DNA of 64,000 nucleotides from a virus (taxonomy: Duplodnaviria; Heunggongvirae; Uroviricota; Caudoviricetes): the IMG/VR virus record IMGVR_UViG_3300028797_000099, positions 1 through 64,000 of that record. The stretch is one strand, 5' to 3'. Shown in pieces: positions 37,025 through 45,427 of the stretch. The notes below the pieces were generated by a model. It did no database searches. It had not been told where the DNA came from and was given only the letters and a program-made list of their open reading frames with translations. The first letter of the stretch is position 1. Each line of letters starts with the position of its first letter. The translations under genes were made by a program, and so were the position numbers.

Positions 37025-37435
37025 TTAATCCAAGTTAATTAAGTTAATGCAATCCACGATGAACTGACCGAAGTCGTCCTGAATCGCAGCAGCAATGTTA
37101 GGGTCTAACCTTTTGGTTCCTGTGAGATATCCCCATCCACGCACATCGAGGTCAATCTCGTCGCCGTCAGCCTTGAACCTAACCACTGCGGAACTCTGGG
37201 AGCCCAAGTACTCGGGATGCCCGAAAGACTTCTTCATAGGGGGTTCCTTACCCTCTAGGACTGCATTCATTGCATCTACAATAGCCTTGAAATGCTCATC
37301 GGCAGTGCCCGTGAAGGCAGCGTCAGACATCGAACTGGTTGTACGGTTCCCTGCAGAATCCCAGATGGTATCTAGGCAAATCTGGTCGTTTTTAAACGGG
37401 GATATAAAGTATTTTTTCCATTTGTATTCGTTCAT
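37025..37435 (-). CDS. hypothetical protein (leaderless or very short leader)
   Basis: The annotated N-terminal 13 aa overlap the promoter TTGACA-17-TATATT, whose -10 ends 6 nt before ATG 37435. Start trimmed to MNEYKW. Confidence 0.45.
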   Translation of the reverse strand: MNEYKWKKYFISPFKNDQICLDTIWDSAGNRTTSSMSDAAFTGTADEHFKAIVDAMNAVLEGKEPPMKKSFGHPEYLGSQSSAVVRFKADGDEIDLDVRGWGYLTGTKRLDPNIAAAIQDDFGQFIVDCINLINLD

Positions 37436-37441
37436 AGTTAA

Positions 37442-37470
37442 AATATAGTTAATTTTTTGTAATTTGTCAA
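37442..37470 (-). promoter_or_regulatory. promoter TTGACA-17-TATATT, -10 ends 6 nt before ATG
   Basis: Motif match. Confidence 0.45.
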
Positions 37471-37505
37471 TCAATTAAAAGAATCGGGGCAAAAACACCC
37501 CGATT
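37469..37505 (-). terminator. terminator AATCGGGG-loop-CCCCGATT plus T-run
   Basis: Ends the 37651-38175 transcript after a GC-rich 3' UTR. Confidence 0.5.
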
Positions 37506-37650
37506 GTGTCCCGCATCACGGCGTCGGTGCGTACGTCACCGCCTTTGTTTTCAGCTTGTCCATAGGGTTTCAAGGCTTTGGGCCGCCACCTGCCGTTACG
37601 CATCCGTTCATTTAACTCCGCAAGTCCATCGTGCGGAGACGAGACAATCG

Positions 37651-38175
37651 TTATGGCTTCTCCTTGGAAGGAGGAGCGAAGATTTCATCTGATTTCTTCT
37701 CAAATTCACGAATCATGTAAGCAACGATGTTCCAGTCAGGTTCCAATAGGGATGATTCCAGTTCCTTAAACTTCGTTTTAATCCACAGTCGCCAAGTAGC
37801 CAGTCGGCCATAGCCTTTAAACATATCATCAATCCACTTGTCGATATAAGCATCGTCCCATTCCTTGTAGTCACCAAGCAAGGACGTACCCATCATTCCA
37901 ACCGCAGACTGGGTATGGATGAACTCATACTTGTCCTTCGGAGGATACTTCTGGGTCACACAAGGAGAGTGTTCCGGGTCGTTAACAACGCTTCTGAAAA
38001 CGACGCCGAAAGCTTCCTTGTCATTTCCAGAGTAGATTTTCAATGCAATATCGGTTGGCGACGTACGTTTAAGTACGTAGCTCAAATTACCAATAACGCA
38101 TTCCTTGTAATCGCCAGCATGAGAAATTTCATCCTTGCTAGTAATTCGTTCCCACAATCTATCAATAAGGCTCAT
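37651..38175 (-). CDS. hypothetical protein
   Basis: The track start is TTG. ATG MSLIDR behind a GGAG RBS is used. Confidence 0.5.
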   Translation of the reverse strand: MSLIDRLWERITSKDEISHAGDYKECVIGNLSYVLKRTSPTDIALKIYSGNDKEAFGVVFRSVVNDPEHSPCVTQKYPPKDKYEFIHTQSAVGMMGTSLLGDYKEWDDAYIDKWIDDMFKGYGRLATWRLWIKTKFKELESSLLEPDWNIVAYMIREFEKKSDEIFAPPSKEKP

Positions 38176-38193
38176 TTTCAATCTCCGTTGATT

Positions 38194-38673
38194 TTAACCA
38201 TCGAACCACACAGCGTTTGCCTTCACATATATCTGACCATTCTCTTCAACCTCAGTAATGCCCGATTTATCGTAATCATAATCACCTTCAGAGGTGAAAT
38301 TGTCGGAAAGCTCCTTCATTTTAAGGTAACTGCAAGCAACATGTGATGTATTCAGATGATACATAAGAGATTCGAGCGGACCGTAACCCTCTCCATACTT
38401 CACAGAAAGCTTGATAAATTCCACGACAAAGTCCTTAGGCAACTTGCCAATGCTTTCCGGCTCGTTCTTCATGAGGTAATCAGCATAGTCATGTACGTCG
38501 ACTATGTCATCCCTCTTATCCCACGGTCCGCTGCCACCCATCGGGTTACACAGAAGCCAAACCAAGTTCGGGTCACCTGCGACAAACCTGTCCCATTTTT
38601 CCTTCGGCGTATACGTCAAGGCGTGTGCCGAAGACGAATTAGTTTCAAATACTGAATATCGTACTGTTTTCAT
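38194..38673 (-). CDS. hypothetical protein, FETNSSS-motif family (paralog 2)
   Basis: Start MKTVRYSVFETNSSSAHA behind an AGAGGA RBS. GGSGPW..DDIVDVHDYADYL block is shared with paralog 4. Confidence 0.6.
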   Translation of the reverse strand: MKTVRYSVFETNSSSAHALTYTPKEKWDRFVAGDPNLVWLLCNPMGGSGPWDKRDDIVDVHDYADYLMKNEPESIGKLPKDFVVEFIKLSVKYGEGYGPLESLMYHLNTSHVACSYLKMKELSDNFTSEGDYDYDKSGITEVEENGQIYVKANAVWFDG

Positions 38674-38692
38674 AAGTTCCTCTAATATACCA

Positions 38693-38730
38693 CAATATAA
38701 CAAAAAAGCGGATGGCTGTCAACCATCCGC
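38693..38730 (-). promoter_or_regulatory. terminator hairpin GCGGATGG/CCATCCGC with TTGACA in loop, plus -10 TATATT
   Basis: Hairpin followed by a T-run on the minus strand after lemA. A -10 lies 18 nt downstream of the loop TTGACA. Confidence 0.5.
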
Positions 38731-38751
38731 AAGGCACGTAAAGAAAATTTA

Positions 38752-39348
38752 TTAGAACTTTACCGTCGGGGCCACATCAGCGCCAGTAACAGCGGAGAAC
38801 GGCACCTTCGGGGTCACTCCGGCGAATCCCGCCACGAAGACACCGGGGAATGTTCTGACCTTGTTGTTAAGGTTGTTGACTGCCACATTGAACTGGCGTC
38901 TGGACTCGGCGATACGGTTTTCGCATCCTTCAAGCTGAACACGCAGGTCACGAAAAGCGGCGTTAGCCTTCAAGTTCGGATAGTTTTCTGTAACCATCAT
39001 GAGACGCTGCAATGCTCCACCGAGGCTGTTCTGTGCTTCCTGGAACTTCTTCATTGCACGTTCGTCACTGAGCATGCTTTCATCCATCTTAATCACGCCA
39101 CCCATACGGCTACGAGCCTCGATGACTTCGGTGAGCGTACTCTTCTCGAAGTTGGCTTCGCCCTTCACCGTTTCGACGATGTTCGGAATAAGGTCGTAAC
39201 GACGCTGGTACTGGTTTTCGACGTTAGCCCAGCTCATCTGCACACCGTTTTCAAGAGTGCGAAGGGAGTTGAACTGGCCGATGAAAGCGCATCCGCTGAT
39301 AAAGGCGAGCACGACAATGACGATAAGTACGAGTTTACCCGTAGACAT
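38752..39348 (-). CDS. lemA: LemA-family membrane protein
   Basis: N-terminal TM, then the LemA core NSLRTLENGVQMSWANVENQYQRRYDLIPNIVETVKGEANFEKSTL...RQFNVAVNNLNNKVRTFPG. Confidence 0.7.
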   Translation of the reverse strand: MSTGKLVLIVIVVLAFISGCAFIGQFNSLRTLENGVQMSWANVENQYQRRYDLIPNIVETVKGEANFEKSTLTEVIEARSRMGGVIKMDESMLSDERAMKKFQEAQNSLGGALQRLMMVTENYPNLKANAAFRDLRVQLEGCENRIAESRRQFNVAVNNLNNKVRTFPGVFVAGFAGVTPKVPFSAVTGADVAPTVKF

Positions 39349-39385
39349 TTTATACCTCTTTGGTTTAGATTGTTGGTTTTGTTGA

Positions 39386-39415
39386 AAATATAGCATTTAA
39401 CTTGGTGCTTGTCAA
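39386..39415 (-). promoter_or_regulatory. promoter TTGACA-18-TATATT
   Basis: Motif match. Confidence 0.45.
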
Positions 39416-39418
39416 GGG

Positions 39419-40159
39419 CTACCATCCGCCATGACTTCCGCCACCGCCGAAACTGCCTCCGCCGAATCCGCTGCTGCCTCCGCCACCCTTGCCTCCGCCA
39501 AGACATGACAGTATAACGAGAACGGTACTCAACACGGGAATATCAGTGAGCGCCTCGATGATACCAAGTAGGATTAGGACGACGATTACTATGGCTACCA
39601 CGATGGCTACCGTGGTTCCGCTCACCTTCTTTTCATCGGCAGGGGCGAGCTGAGCCGTATCAAGGGTTGCCGTGAGCGTAATCTTCTTCTCTTCTTGGAC
39701 CTTCGTGGCAATCATGCTTGCAAGCTTGATGATGCCCTGACCACCCTCTCCACTCTGCAATGCGGGGATAAGGGAGGTCTGCTGCATATGTTCCACGAGG
39801 ACATCAGGCAAATACCCCTCGGAACCGTAACCCACATGTACGCCTCGGTAGTGCGGGTCCATCACGACATAGATGAATACACCCTCGTTCGAATCCTTGC
39901 TGCAGATTGCCCACTTCTGGGCTACACGCAAACTGAATTGAACCGGGTCTTCACCGTCAATCGTCTTGAATGTCGCCACGGCAAGGCCGAAACGAGCGTT
40001 CTTGGCAAGGTCGGACGCAATCGAATTTAATTGGTAGACCTGGTTTGCCGACATGATTCCCGCCCCGTCGTAAACGAACGAGTTGGTTGGAATCGGTGGG
40101 ACCTCGATGGCCGAAACCAACGAGACAAGTAGCACTAATATGGCTAGGATTTTCTTCAT
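39419..40159 (-). CDS. TPM-domain (YgcG-like) membrane protein with Gly-rich C-terminus
   Basis: Signal peptide, TPM domain, TM helix and a GGGKGGGGSSGFGGGSFGGGGSHGGW tail, typical of the LemA-associated TPM phosphatase family. Confidence 0.65.
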   Translation of the reverse strand: MKKILAILVLLVSLVSAIEVPPIPTNSFVYDGAGIMSANQVYQLNSIASDLAKNARFGLAVATFKTIDGEDPVQFSLRVAQKWAICSKDSNEGVFIYVVMDPHYRGVHVGYGSEGYLPDVLVEHMQQTSLIPALQSGEGGQGIIKLASMIATKVQEEKKITLTATLDTAQLAPADEKKVSGTTVAIVVAIVIVVLILLGIIEALTDIPVLSTVLVILSCLGGGKGGGGSSGFGGGSFGGGGSHGGW

Positions 40160-40168
40160 GTTTCCCTC

Positions 40169-40882
40169 TTAGCTGTGATAGAATGTTAGGCTGATGCGTT
40201 TTCTGAGAAGGTCTCTCGGCATGTCATGCTTCTTCTCGTACAGGTCTTCTCGCCAATCCTCGGGACCGAAGAAAGTCATAGCACCTCTAAAGGAGTCACT
40301 TGTCAGACAATTACCTGTAATGCCGACGTAATGAGCAAGCTTCGGACAGTTCGGATAATCGCTGTTCTCGTTGAACCGTTTTAGCATGTCATCGTATTCA
40401 TCACGGGGCATGTCAGCAGGGTCATACTCGCAGTTCCGATAATCCTGTGGCTCATTGCCGTCGATGACAACCTTGTCGCCATCCACGGTCAGTGCATAGC
40501 AACGATAGTCCTTGACCTCGGGAAGACCGAACTCTTTATACACATCATTGATGATGTCAAGGAAATCCTTTCGGTTCCTTTCCATGATATCCTGACGCAC
40601 GACATAGCTAACCTTCCCGTCCTTATCGACCTTTCTATCGATAAGGCAGGAGAATACAGACTGGGCGGCGAGATACTGGATAATCCTCTTGACATCGTCA
40701 GTGTCGCACTTGGAGTTGCTGGACTGCCAGAACGTATCCAGCTCGATTTCAAGCAATCCGTTCTCGTCGGGCAGCGGGAACTCCGACTTGTCTCGAAGGG
40801 CAGGTTCAGTACCCTGTGGATAAGTGAAGGCGTGTTCAGACGAGGAGTTCGTCTCGAAAACATTCATTCTGATGGTTCTCAT
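40169..40882 (-). CDS. hypothetical protein, FETNSSS-motif family (paralog 3)
   Basis: N-terminus MRTIRMNVFETNSSSEHAF. 237 aa. Confidence 0.6.
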   Translation of the reverse strand: MRTIRMNVFETNSSSEHAFTYPQGTEPALRDKSEFPLPDENGLLEIELDTFWQSSNSKCDTDDVKRIIQYLAAQSVFSCLIDRKVDKDGKVSYVVRQDIMERNRKDFLDIINDVYKEFGLPEVKDYRCYALTVDGDKVVIDGNEPQDYRNCEYDPADMPRDEYDDMLKRFNENSDYPNCPKLAHYVGITGNCLTSDSFRGAMTFFGPEDWREDLYEKKHDMPRDLLRKRISLTFYHS

Positions 40883-40891
40883 AGAGTTACC

Positions 40892-41326
40892 CTAATCGTT
40901 GTCGTTTCCCATGGAGATTACAGAGCCGCTGAACACAAAGGTGAACAGTTCCTCTGGGTCATCAAGCATGTTGCCAATGCGACGGCTATCTTCGTCTTGG
41001 GCAGGTGCGCTCTGGTGGTCGATGTAACCAGACGGTTCATCATTGAAGTCGAAATCGACGATAACGCCACGCTCTTCGAAGTATTCCTGGATTGCAGGGA
41101 GCTTTTCACGGAGGCCTTCGTGGAAGATATACTTGCCAGCCACGAGAGCATAGTCGAGGTGGTCATCAGGTGTTTCCACATCTGGGCCATACCAACCATA
41201 CTCACCGCTGCCAAATACCCTGATGCGGGGATAACGCTTCGGGTCGAACTTTTGTTCAGTGACTATGCAGAACGTATGGGCACTCGAACTGTTTGTTTCA
41301 AAAACAGAATCTCTAATTGTCTTCAT
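40892..41326 (-). CDS. hypothetical protein, FETNSSS-motif family (paralog 4)
   Basis: Start MKTIRDSVFETNSSSAHTF behind an AAGGATGG RBS. FGSGEYGWYGPDVETPDDHLDYALVAGKY block. Confidence 0.6.
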   Translation of the reverse strand: MKTIRDSVFETNSSSAHTFCIVTEQKFDPKRYPRIRVFGSGEYGWYGPDVETPDDHLDYALVAGKYIFHEGLREKLPAIQEYFEERGVIVDFDFNDEPSGYIDHQSAPAQDEDSRRIGNMLDDPEELFTFVFSGSVISMGNDND

Positions 41327-41327
41327 T

Positions 41328-42278
41328 TTACCATCCTTGGGTTGTAACCTGAAGCAGGTCATGAATGTTTTCCTTACCCGTGAACGAGTAACGCTTGTCC
41401 AGAGCTGCGGTGCTCATGCGGGCTACCTGCATGTTCGGAACGTCGATGTACATCGTGGCACAGGTGATGTTCCCGTCAGCATCCTTCACATCCGTGTCGG
41501 AACCCTGGAACAGCGTATTGAAATCCTTGTCAGAGATATTGAGAGCCGTCTTCGGGTCCAACTGTTCTATGCCGAGGCAGTCGAACGACATCACCTTAAA
41601 GGGAAGAATCGAGCGCATCATCATGAATTTCAGCCAGTTGATATTAGCCTTGATTTCATCACTGTGCTTTTCAAGCATGGCATGACCACGACGCAAATCC
41701 TTGTAACCAAGGATAAGCACCTTCCTGTCGCTCAATGCAGGGAGGTCCTTCGCAGTCAAGATGCCCGCAATGGTATGGATTACAACATTGTCGCCGAGCG
41801 TGTCGATGAAGTCGAAGTCTTCCTTGTTGCTGGAATCCGTAAGCGAGATGCCGATACCGTGAACGAGACCGTCGCCCACAATCTTGCAGATGATGTCCTT
41901 GTACGGTTTCAGGTGACGCTGGTTGATTGTGATGTTTGCGATTACACCCTGTTCCTTCAAGCGTTCGAGGAACCAGACGAGGTCAGGATGGGCCAAGGCG
42001 TTGCCACCACCGATAGCGCACTCGGTTCCTGAATGAAGGGTAGCAATCATCGGTTCCAATGCCCTGAGGTCGCCATGCTTGCCATTTACCGTAGAGTTTT
42101 CATGGCAGTAAACGCATCCACCGTCGCACTGGTCGGTAATCTTGATGTCAAAGTTCTCGGGAAAATCATATGTGAAATGGTCGGCCATCGGGTCGAGCGT
42201 TTCCTTGATTTTGGTGCCATCCGAGTAGATGGTCACCATATGGTTGCCGTTTGTATATGTGTTAAGTATCGTTCGCAT
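41328..42278 (-). CDS. radical-SAM enzyme (candidate 7-carboxy-7-deazaguanine synthase QueE-like)
   Basis: CDGGCVYC is the CxxxCxxC radical-SAM cluster motif. It is adjacent to and co-oriented with the QueC-like gene. Confidence 0.5.
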   Translation of the reverse strand: MRTILNTYTNGNHMVTIYSDGTKIKETLDPMADHFTYDFPENFDIKITDQCDGGCVYCHENSTVNGKHGDLRALEPMIATLHSGTECAIGGGNALAHPDLVWFLERLKEQGVIANITINQRHLKPYKDIICKIVGDGLVHGIGISLTDSSNKEDFDFIDTLGDNVVIHTIAGILTAKDLPALSDRKVLILGYKDLRRGHAMLEKHSDEIKANINWLKFMMMRSILPFKVMSFDCLGIEQLDPKTALNISDKDFNTLFQGSDTDVKDADGNITCATMYIDVPNMQVARMSTAALDKRYSFTGKENIHDLLQVTTQGW

Positions 42279-42279
42279 C

Positions 42280-43257
42280 TTAGTCTCGCCAACGGTTTCT
42301 CTTCATTTCTTCAATGAATCCTTCGGGGTAGTACAATTCGTTAGACATTCCATTGTACGTTCCCGACATGTGAATGATTTCCGACGTAGCCTTGTCGTAA
42401 GTCTGGCATGCAACGCAATGTCCGCAACGACCCTTGTATGTCGGGCTATAACAGAAGCTACACAGTTCGATAGGGAAATGACGGTAGTTCAAGTTACGGA
42501 TAATATCCGCCTTTGTCAGGAACTGAAGGGGATAGCTGAACATGATATTCTTCTGCCCAACCACCGTCAACAGATGCTCCTGTGCGGCAAGGATATTGTG
42601 CGACCAGTTCCAGAAGTCGTCACCCTTGTGATATCCGAAGTGGTAGCAGGTCTTATTCCTGCCACACAGAGATACCATCGAGGCCATAAAGGGTTGTTGG
42701 AAAAGAGACGGTTCCGAACCGTTCCAGTTATCCATATTCCCTTCAAGCTTAATGAAATCTCGTTTAGGTTCATAGTCGTACTTCTTAGCGAGATATTCGA
42801 GAATCTTTTCCTGAGAAGCAACTTCAGACAAATAGTGATGGGATGTGCCAAACTGTTCACACCGGAAGCTGAGCAAGCGTGGCTTGATACCCTTTTCGAG
42901 CAAATCAACGAGAATAAGCGTACTGTCAAGACCACCACTGAATACTACCGCATTGTTGATAATATCTTCAAACTTCTTTGTAATAGGCTTTACTTCATGG
43001 AGCCTATCGAAGACCTTCTCTGCGGCAGATTTGAATTGGTGGGTTTCCTCAGGCGATTCGACATCGCACAAAACTTCTTCGGGAGCGGCGTCGCACAATT
43101 CCGCTTCATCTTTCTTTTCATCCTCAGCGTCCACCTTCAATTCAGCCTTATACGGCTTCTTTTTGGCCACGAGAGCTCGCTTCAACAGGGTGCCGTATTT
43201 CGGTTTAGACTTTGTTTCTGGACGAATCTTTTCGTTTGATTGTTTCTTTTTAGTCAT
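42280..43257 (-). CDS. queC: QueC-like PP-loop ATPase (7-cyano-7-deazaguanine synthase-like) with Lys-rich N-terminal extension
   Basis: PP-loop SGGLDS plus a C-terminal zinc cluster CSFCYSPTYKGRCGHCVACQ, typical of QueC. About 70-aa K-rich N-terminal tail. Confidence 0.55.
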   Translation of the reverse strand: MTKKKQSNEKIRPETKSKPKYGTLLKRALVAKKKPYKAELKVDAEDEKKDEAELCDAAPEEVLCDVESPEETHQFKSAAEKVFDRLHEVKPITKKFEDIINNAVVFSGGLDSTLILVDLLEKGIKPRLLSFRCEQFGTSHHYLSEVASQEKILEYLAKKYDYEPKRDFIKLEGNMDNWNGSEPSLFQQPFMASMVSLCGRNKTCYHFGYHKGDDFWNWSHNILAAQEHLLTVVGQKNIMFSYPLQFLTKADIIRNLNYRHFPIELCSFCYSPTYKGRCGHCVACQTYDKATSEIIHMSGTYNGMSNELYYPEGFIEEMKRNRWRD

Positions 43258-43289
43258 GTGATGCCTTTTGTTGAGTTTTGTTTAAAAAA

Positions 43290-43319
43290 AAATATAGTCT
43301 TTTAAATCCTTTTTGTCAA
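43290..43319 (-). promoter_or_regulatory. promoter TTGACA-18-TATATT (upstream of QueC-like gene)
   Basis: Motif match. Confidence 0.45.
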
Positions 43320-43338
43320 GCCAAACCACCGAAAGTCA

Positions 43339-43367
43339 TTGACAATTTACAAAATAATAACTATTTT
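43339..43367 (+). promoter_or_regulatory. plus-strand promoter TTGACA-17-TATTTT
   Basis: Divergent from the 43290-43319 promoter. Confidence 0.4.
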
Positions 43368-43404
43368 CTACTCAAACTAAACCAGACAACCAAAGGAGTC
43401 CACT

Positions 43405-43593
43405 ATGTATACAATTACAATAGACCAGTTCGCACTCATGGCTTATCTGGCAGCAGTCACTATGTTGCTTGTAGTCATGTCGATACAGCTTATCAAGATA
43501 AAGAAAAAACTGAACTCAATCGAATCAAGTTGGCATTCTTTTATCCTGGGACCACACAAGCGCAAGCACAAATATCCACTGGACCATGTATAA
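43405..43593 (+). CDS. small membrane protein
   Basis: AAAGGAG RBS. TM helix LMAYLAAVTMLLVVMSIQLI. Downstream of the plus promoter at 43339-43367. Confidence 0.5.
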   Translation: MYTITIDQFALMAYLAAVTMLLVVMSIQLIKIKKKLNSIESSWHSFILGPHKRKHKYPLDHV

Positions 43594-43596
43594 GAT

Positions 43597-43866
43597 ATGT
43601 CTAAGCATTCCGACTTTTACGATGAGATACTAGGCCACAGCGATACCCCAGATACAAGCAGCGAGTACGACCCTTACGACCCGCTCGGGTTATCTAGCGG
43701 ACGAACGTCCTGCACAATGCGACCAGTTGCCAGCCCTCTGGCGGAGGAAATGGCCGATGTGTTCATACAGGACTCCAAAGGCAACTGGGTGGAGGACAAA
43801 GAATCCGAGGAGAAACGGGAGATTCTCATGAGACGCCTCCAGCACATGAACTATTTTAGTGACTAA
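43597..43866 (+). CDS. hypothetical acidic protein
   Basis: 89 aa, followed by the terminator at 43875-43903. Confidence 0.5.
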   Translation: MSKHSDFYDEILGHSDTPDTSSEYDPYDPLGLSSGRTSCTMRPVASPLAEEMADVFIQDSKGNWVEDKESEEKREILMRRLQHMNYFSD

Positions 43867-43874
43867 CCATATAA

Positions 43875-43903
43875 AAAAGACCGCCAATTAAGGCGGCCTT
43901 TTT
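43875..43903. terminator. bidirectional terminator
   Basis: AGACCGCC-AATTAA-GGCGGCCT (one mismatch) flanked by an A-run and a T-run. Confidence 0.5.
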
Positions 43904-44171
43904 AAATCCAAGCCCAATCGTTATCCCAAATGTATTCAATAACTTCTTTTGGAGTGCATAGAATTTCCTGTTCACCATTGCCATCTATGCAGATATAGTT
44001 CTTAGCATCCTCATCGTATATGATTTGACCATCCCCAAATCGAACCACATTACATGCTCGATGAATTGCAATGCCGTATCGCCTATATTTGCCTAATACA
44101 TTCATCAAGGAATCTACACCACGAGCATATCGTGGTGCATTGATTCCATATGTCTTTCTCTGACTACGCAT
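43902..44171 (-). CDS. hypothetical protein
   Basis: 89-aa ORF immediately downstream of glf. Confidence 0.45.
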   Translation of the reverse strand: MRSQRKTYGINAPRYARGVDSLMNVLGKYRRYGIAIHRACNVVRFGDGQIIYDEDAKNYICIDGNGEQEILCTPKEVIEYIWDNDWAWI

Positions 44172-45427
44172 TAGACTAAACCAAAGATGCAGCCGGGTTC
44201 GGCAGGGTGTTCCGTAATCAATCTGTCATCGACCAATGCAGCCTTAATCACGTCGTCCATGTCCATGTACTTGTACAGACCGAGACGGCCAGTAGGGACA
44301 TACTTTTTCGGCAAGTAACCAATTATCTTCTGGTACTTTTCATTCTCGCTTGCAAGAGGATAGTATCGCTCGCACTTGCCACGTTCGTACTTCACAGGGT
44401 ACTCATAAGTAACAAGGGTCTTTTGTTCGTCAAGTTGTTCATTGTTGAAGAACTTGTGCTCAATGCTCCTCGTGTACGCTACTTCTGGCGAAGTGTAGTT
44501 CACAACAGCATTTCCCTGCCAGTTGTCAGTAGGAAGCAGCTTCTCTTCAAACTTCAATGAACGCCAGTCAAGCCAGTAATCTTCAAACCCGTCCTCGTGA
44601 ACAAGTCCAGCAAACAATTTGCTGTCGTTCATCAAAGAGTTCAACAGGTCTGATACATCACCAGAATAGAACACCTGGTCAAACTTGTTCTTGCTCATTC
44701 CATGTACACTGTGGTTGAATATATCTTCGCAGAAATCTTCACCATAGTGAATAGGATGCCCTTCGAACATGTTCTCAATCCATGTGGTATATCCTTCCTC
44801 GGGAATACCCTGATAGATGTCATTGAAGTAGTTGTTGTCGTAGGTGAACCTAAGCGGCAAACGCTTGATTATCCACGGTTCCAACTCTGTGCATGGCTTT
44901 CCCCACTGCTTTTCAGTGTAGTGCTTAATCAACTTTTCATACACGGTAGTTCCAACAAGGGAGATTGCCTGTTCTTCAAGGTTCCTTGGGGATTCAAACG
45001 GATGTTCCTCCTTGTACCGTTTGATTTCGGCTTGAATAATACCTTTCACAATGCTAGGAGACACAATATTCACACCAAGATTCCGTTCGAACAAGCGAAC
45101 AAATGTATTCATGTTGAACGGGAGATTGTAGGTCTCCGATTCCTTACTAGCCTGATTGTAATACACGGCAATCGGACTGTTCACAAAGTTGTTGAACTTA
45201 GCGAACTTGTTCGCAAACTTCCATACAGCAGGGTCAGACGTATGGAAGATATGTGCGCCATACTTGTGAACGGTGATACCTTCTACCTTTTCAGTATAGC
45301 AGTTACCGCCAAGGTGTTTACGCTTCTCGATAATCGTGATGTCTGCCGGATTGACACCAAACTCATTAACGAGTCGCTGATAGATTACTGCATTGTAAAG
45401 GCCCGCACCTACGAACAGATACTTCAT
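44171..45427 (-). CDS. glf: UDP-galactopyranose mutase
   Basis: N-terminal FAD-binding KYLFVGAGLYNAVIYQRL. C-terminal RLGLYKYMDMDDVIKAAL block characteristic of UGM. Confidence 0.7.
   Translation of the reverse strand: MKYLFVGAGLYNAVIYQRLVNEFGVNPADITIIEKRKHLGGNCYTEKVEGITVHKYGAHIFHTSDPAVWKFANKFAKFNNFVNSPIAVYYNQASKESETYNLPFNMNTFVRLFERNLGVNIVSPSIVKGIIQAEIKRYKEEHPFESPRNLEEQAISLVGTTVYEKLIKHYTEKQWGKPCTELEPWIIKRLPLRFTYDNNYFNDIYQGIPEEGYTTWIENMFEGHPIHYGEDFCEDIFNHSVHGMSKNKFDQVFYSGDVSDLLNSLMNDSKLFAGLVHEDGFEDYWLDWRSLKFEEKLLPTDNWQGNAVVNYTSPEVAYTRSIEHKFFNNEQLDEQKTLVTYEYPVKYERGKCERYYPLASENEKYQKIIGYLPKKYVPTGRLGLYKYMDMDDVIKAALVDDRLITEHPAEPGCIFGLV

Noticed and set aside
37504-37769. Two Arg-rich plus ORFs (62 and 63 aa)
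   Set aside because: They are composition artifacts of the GC-rich 3' UTR. No RBS.
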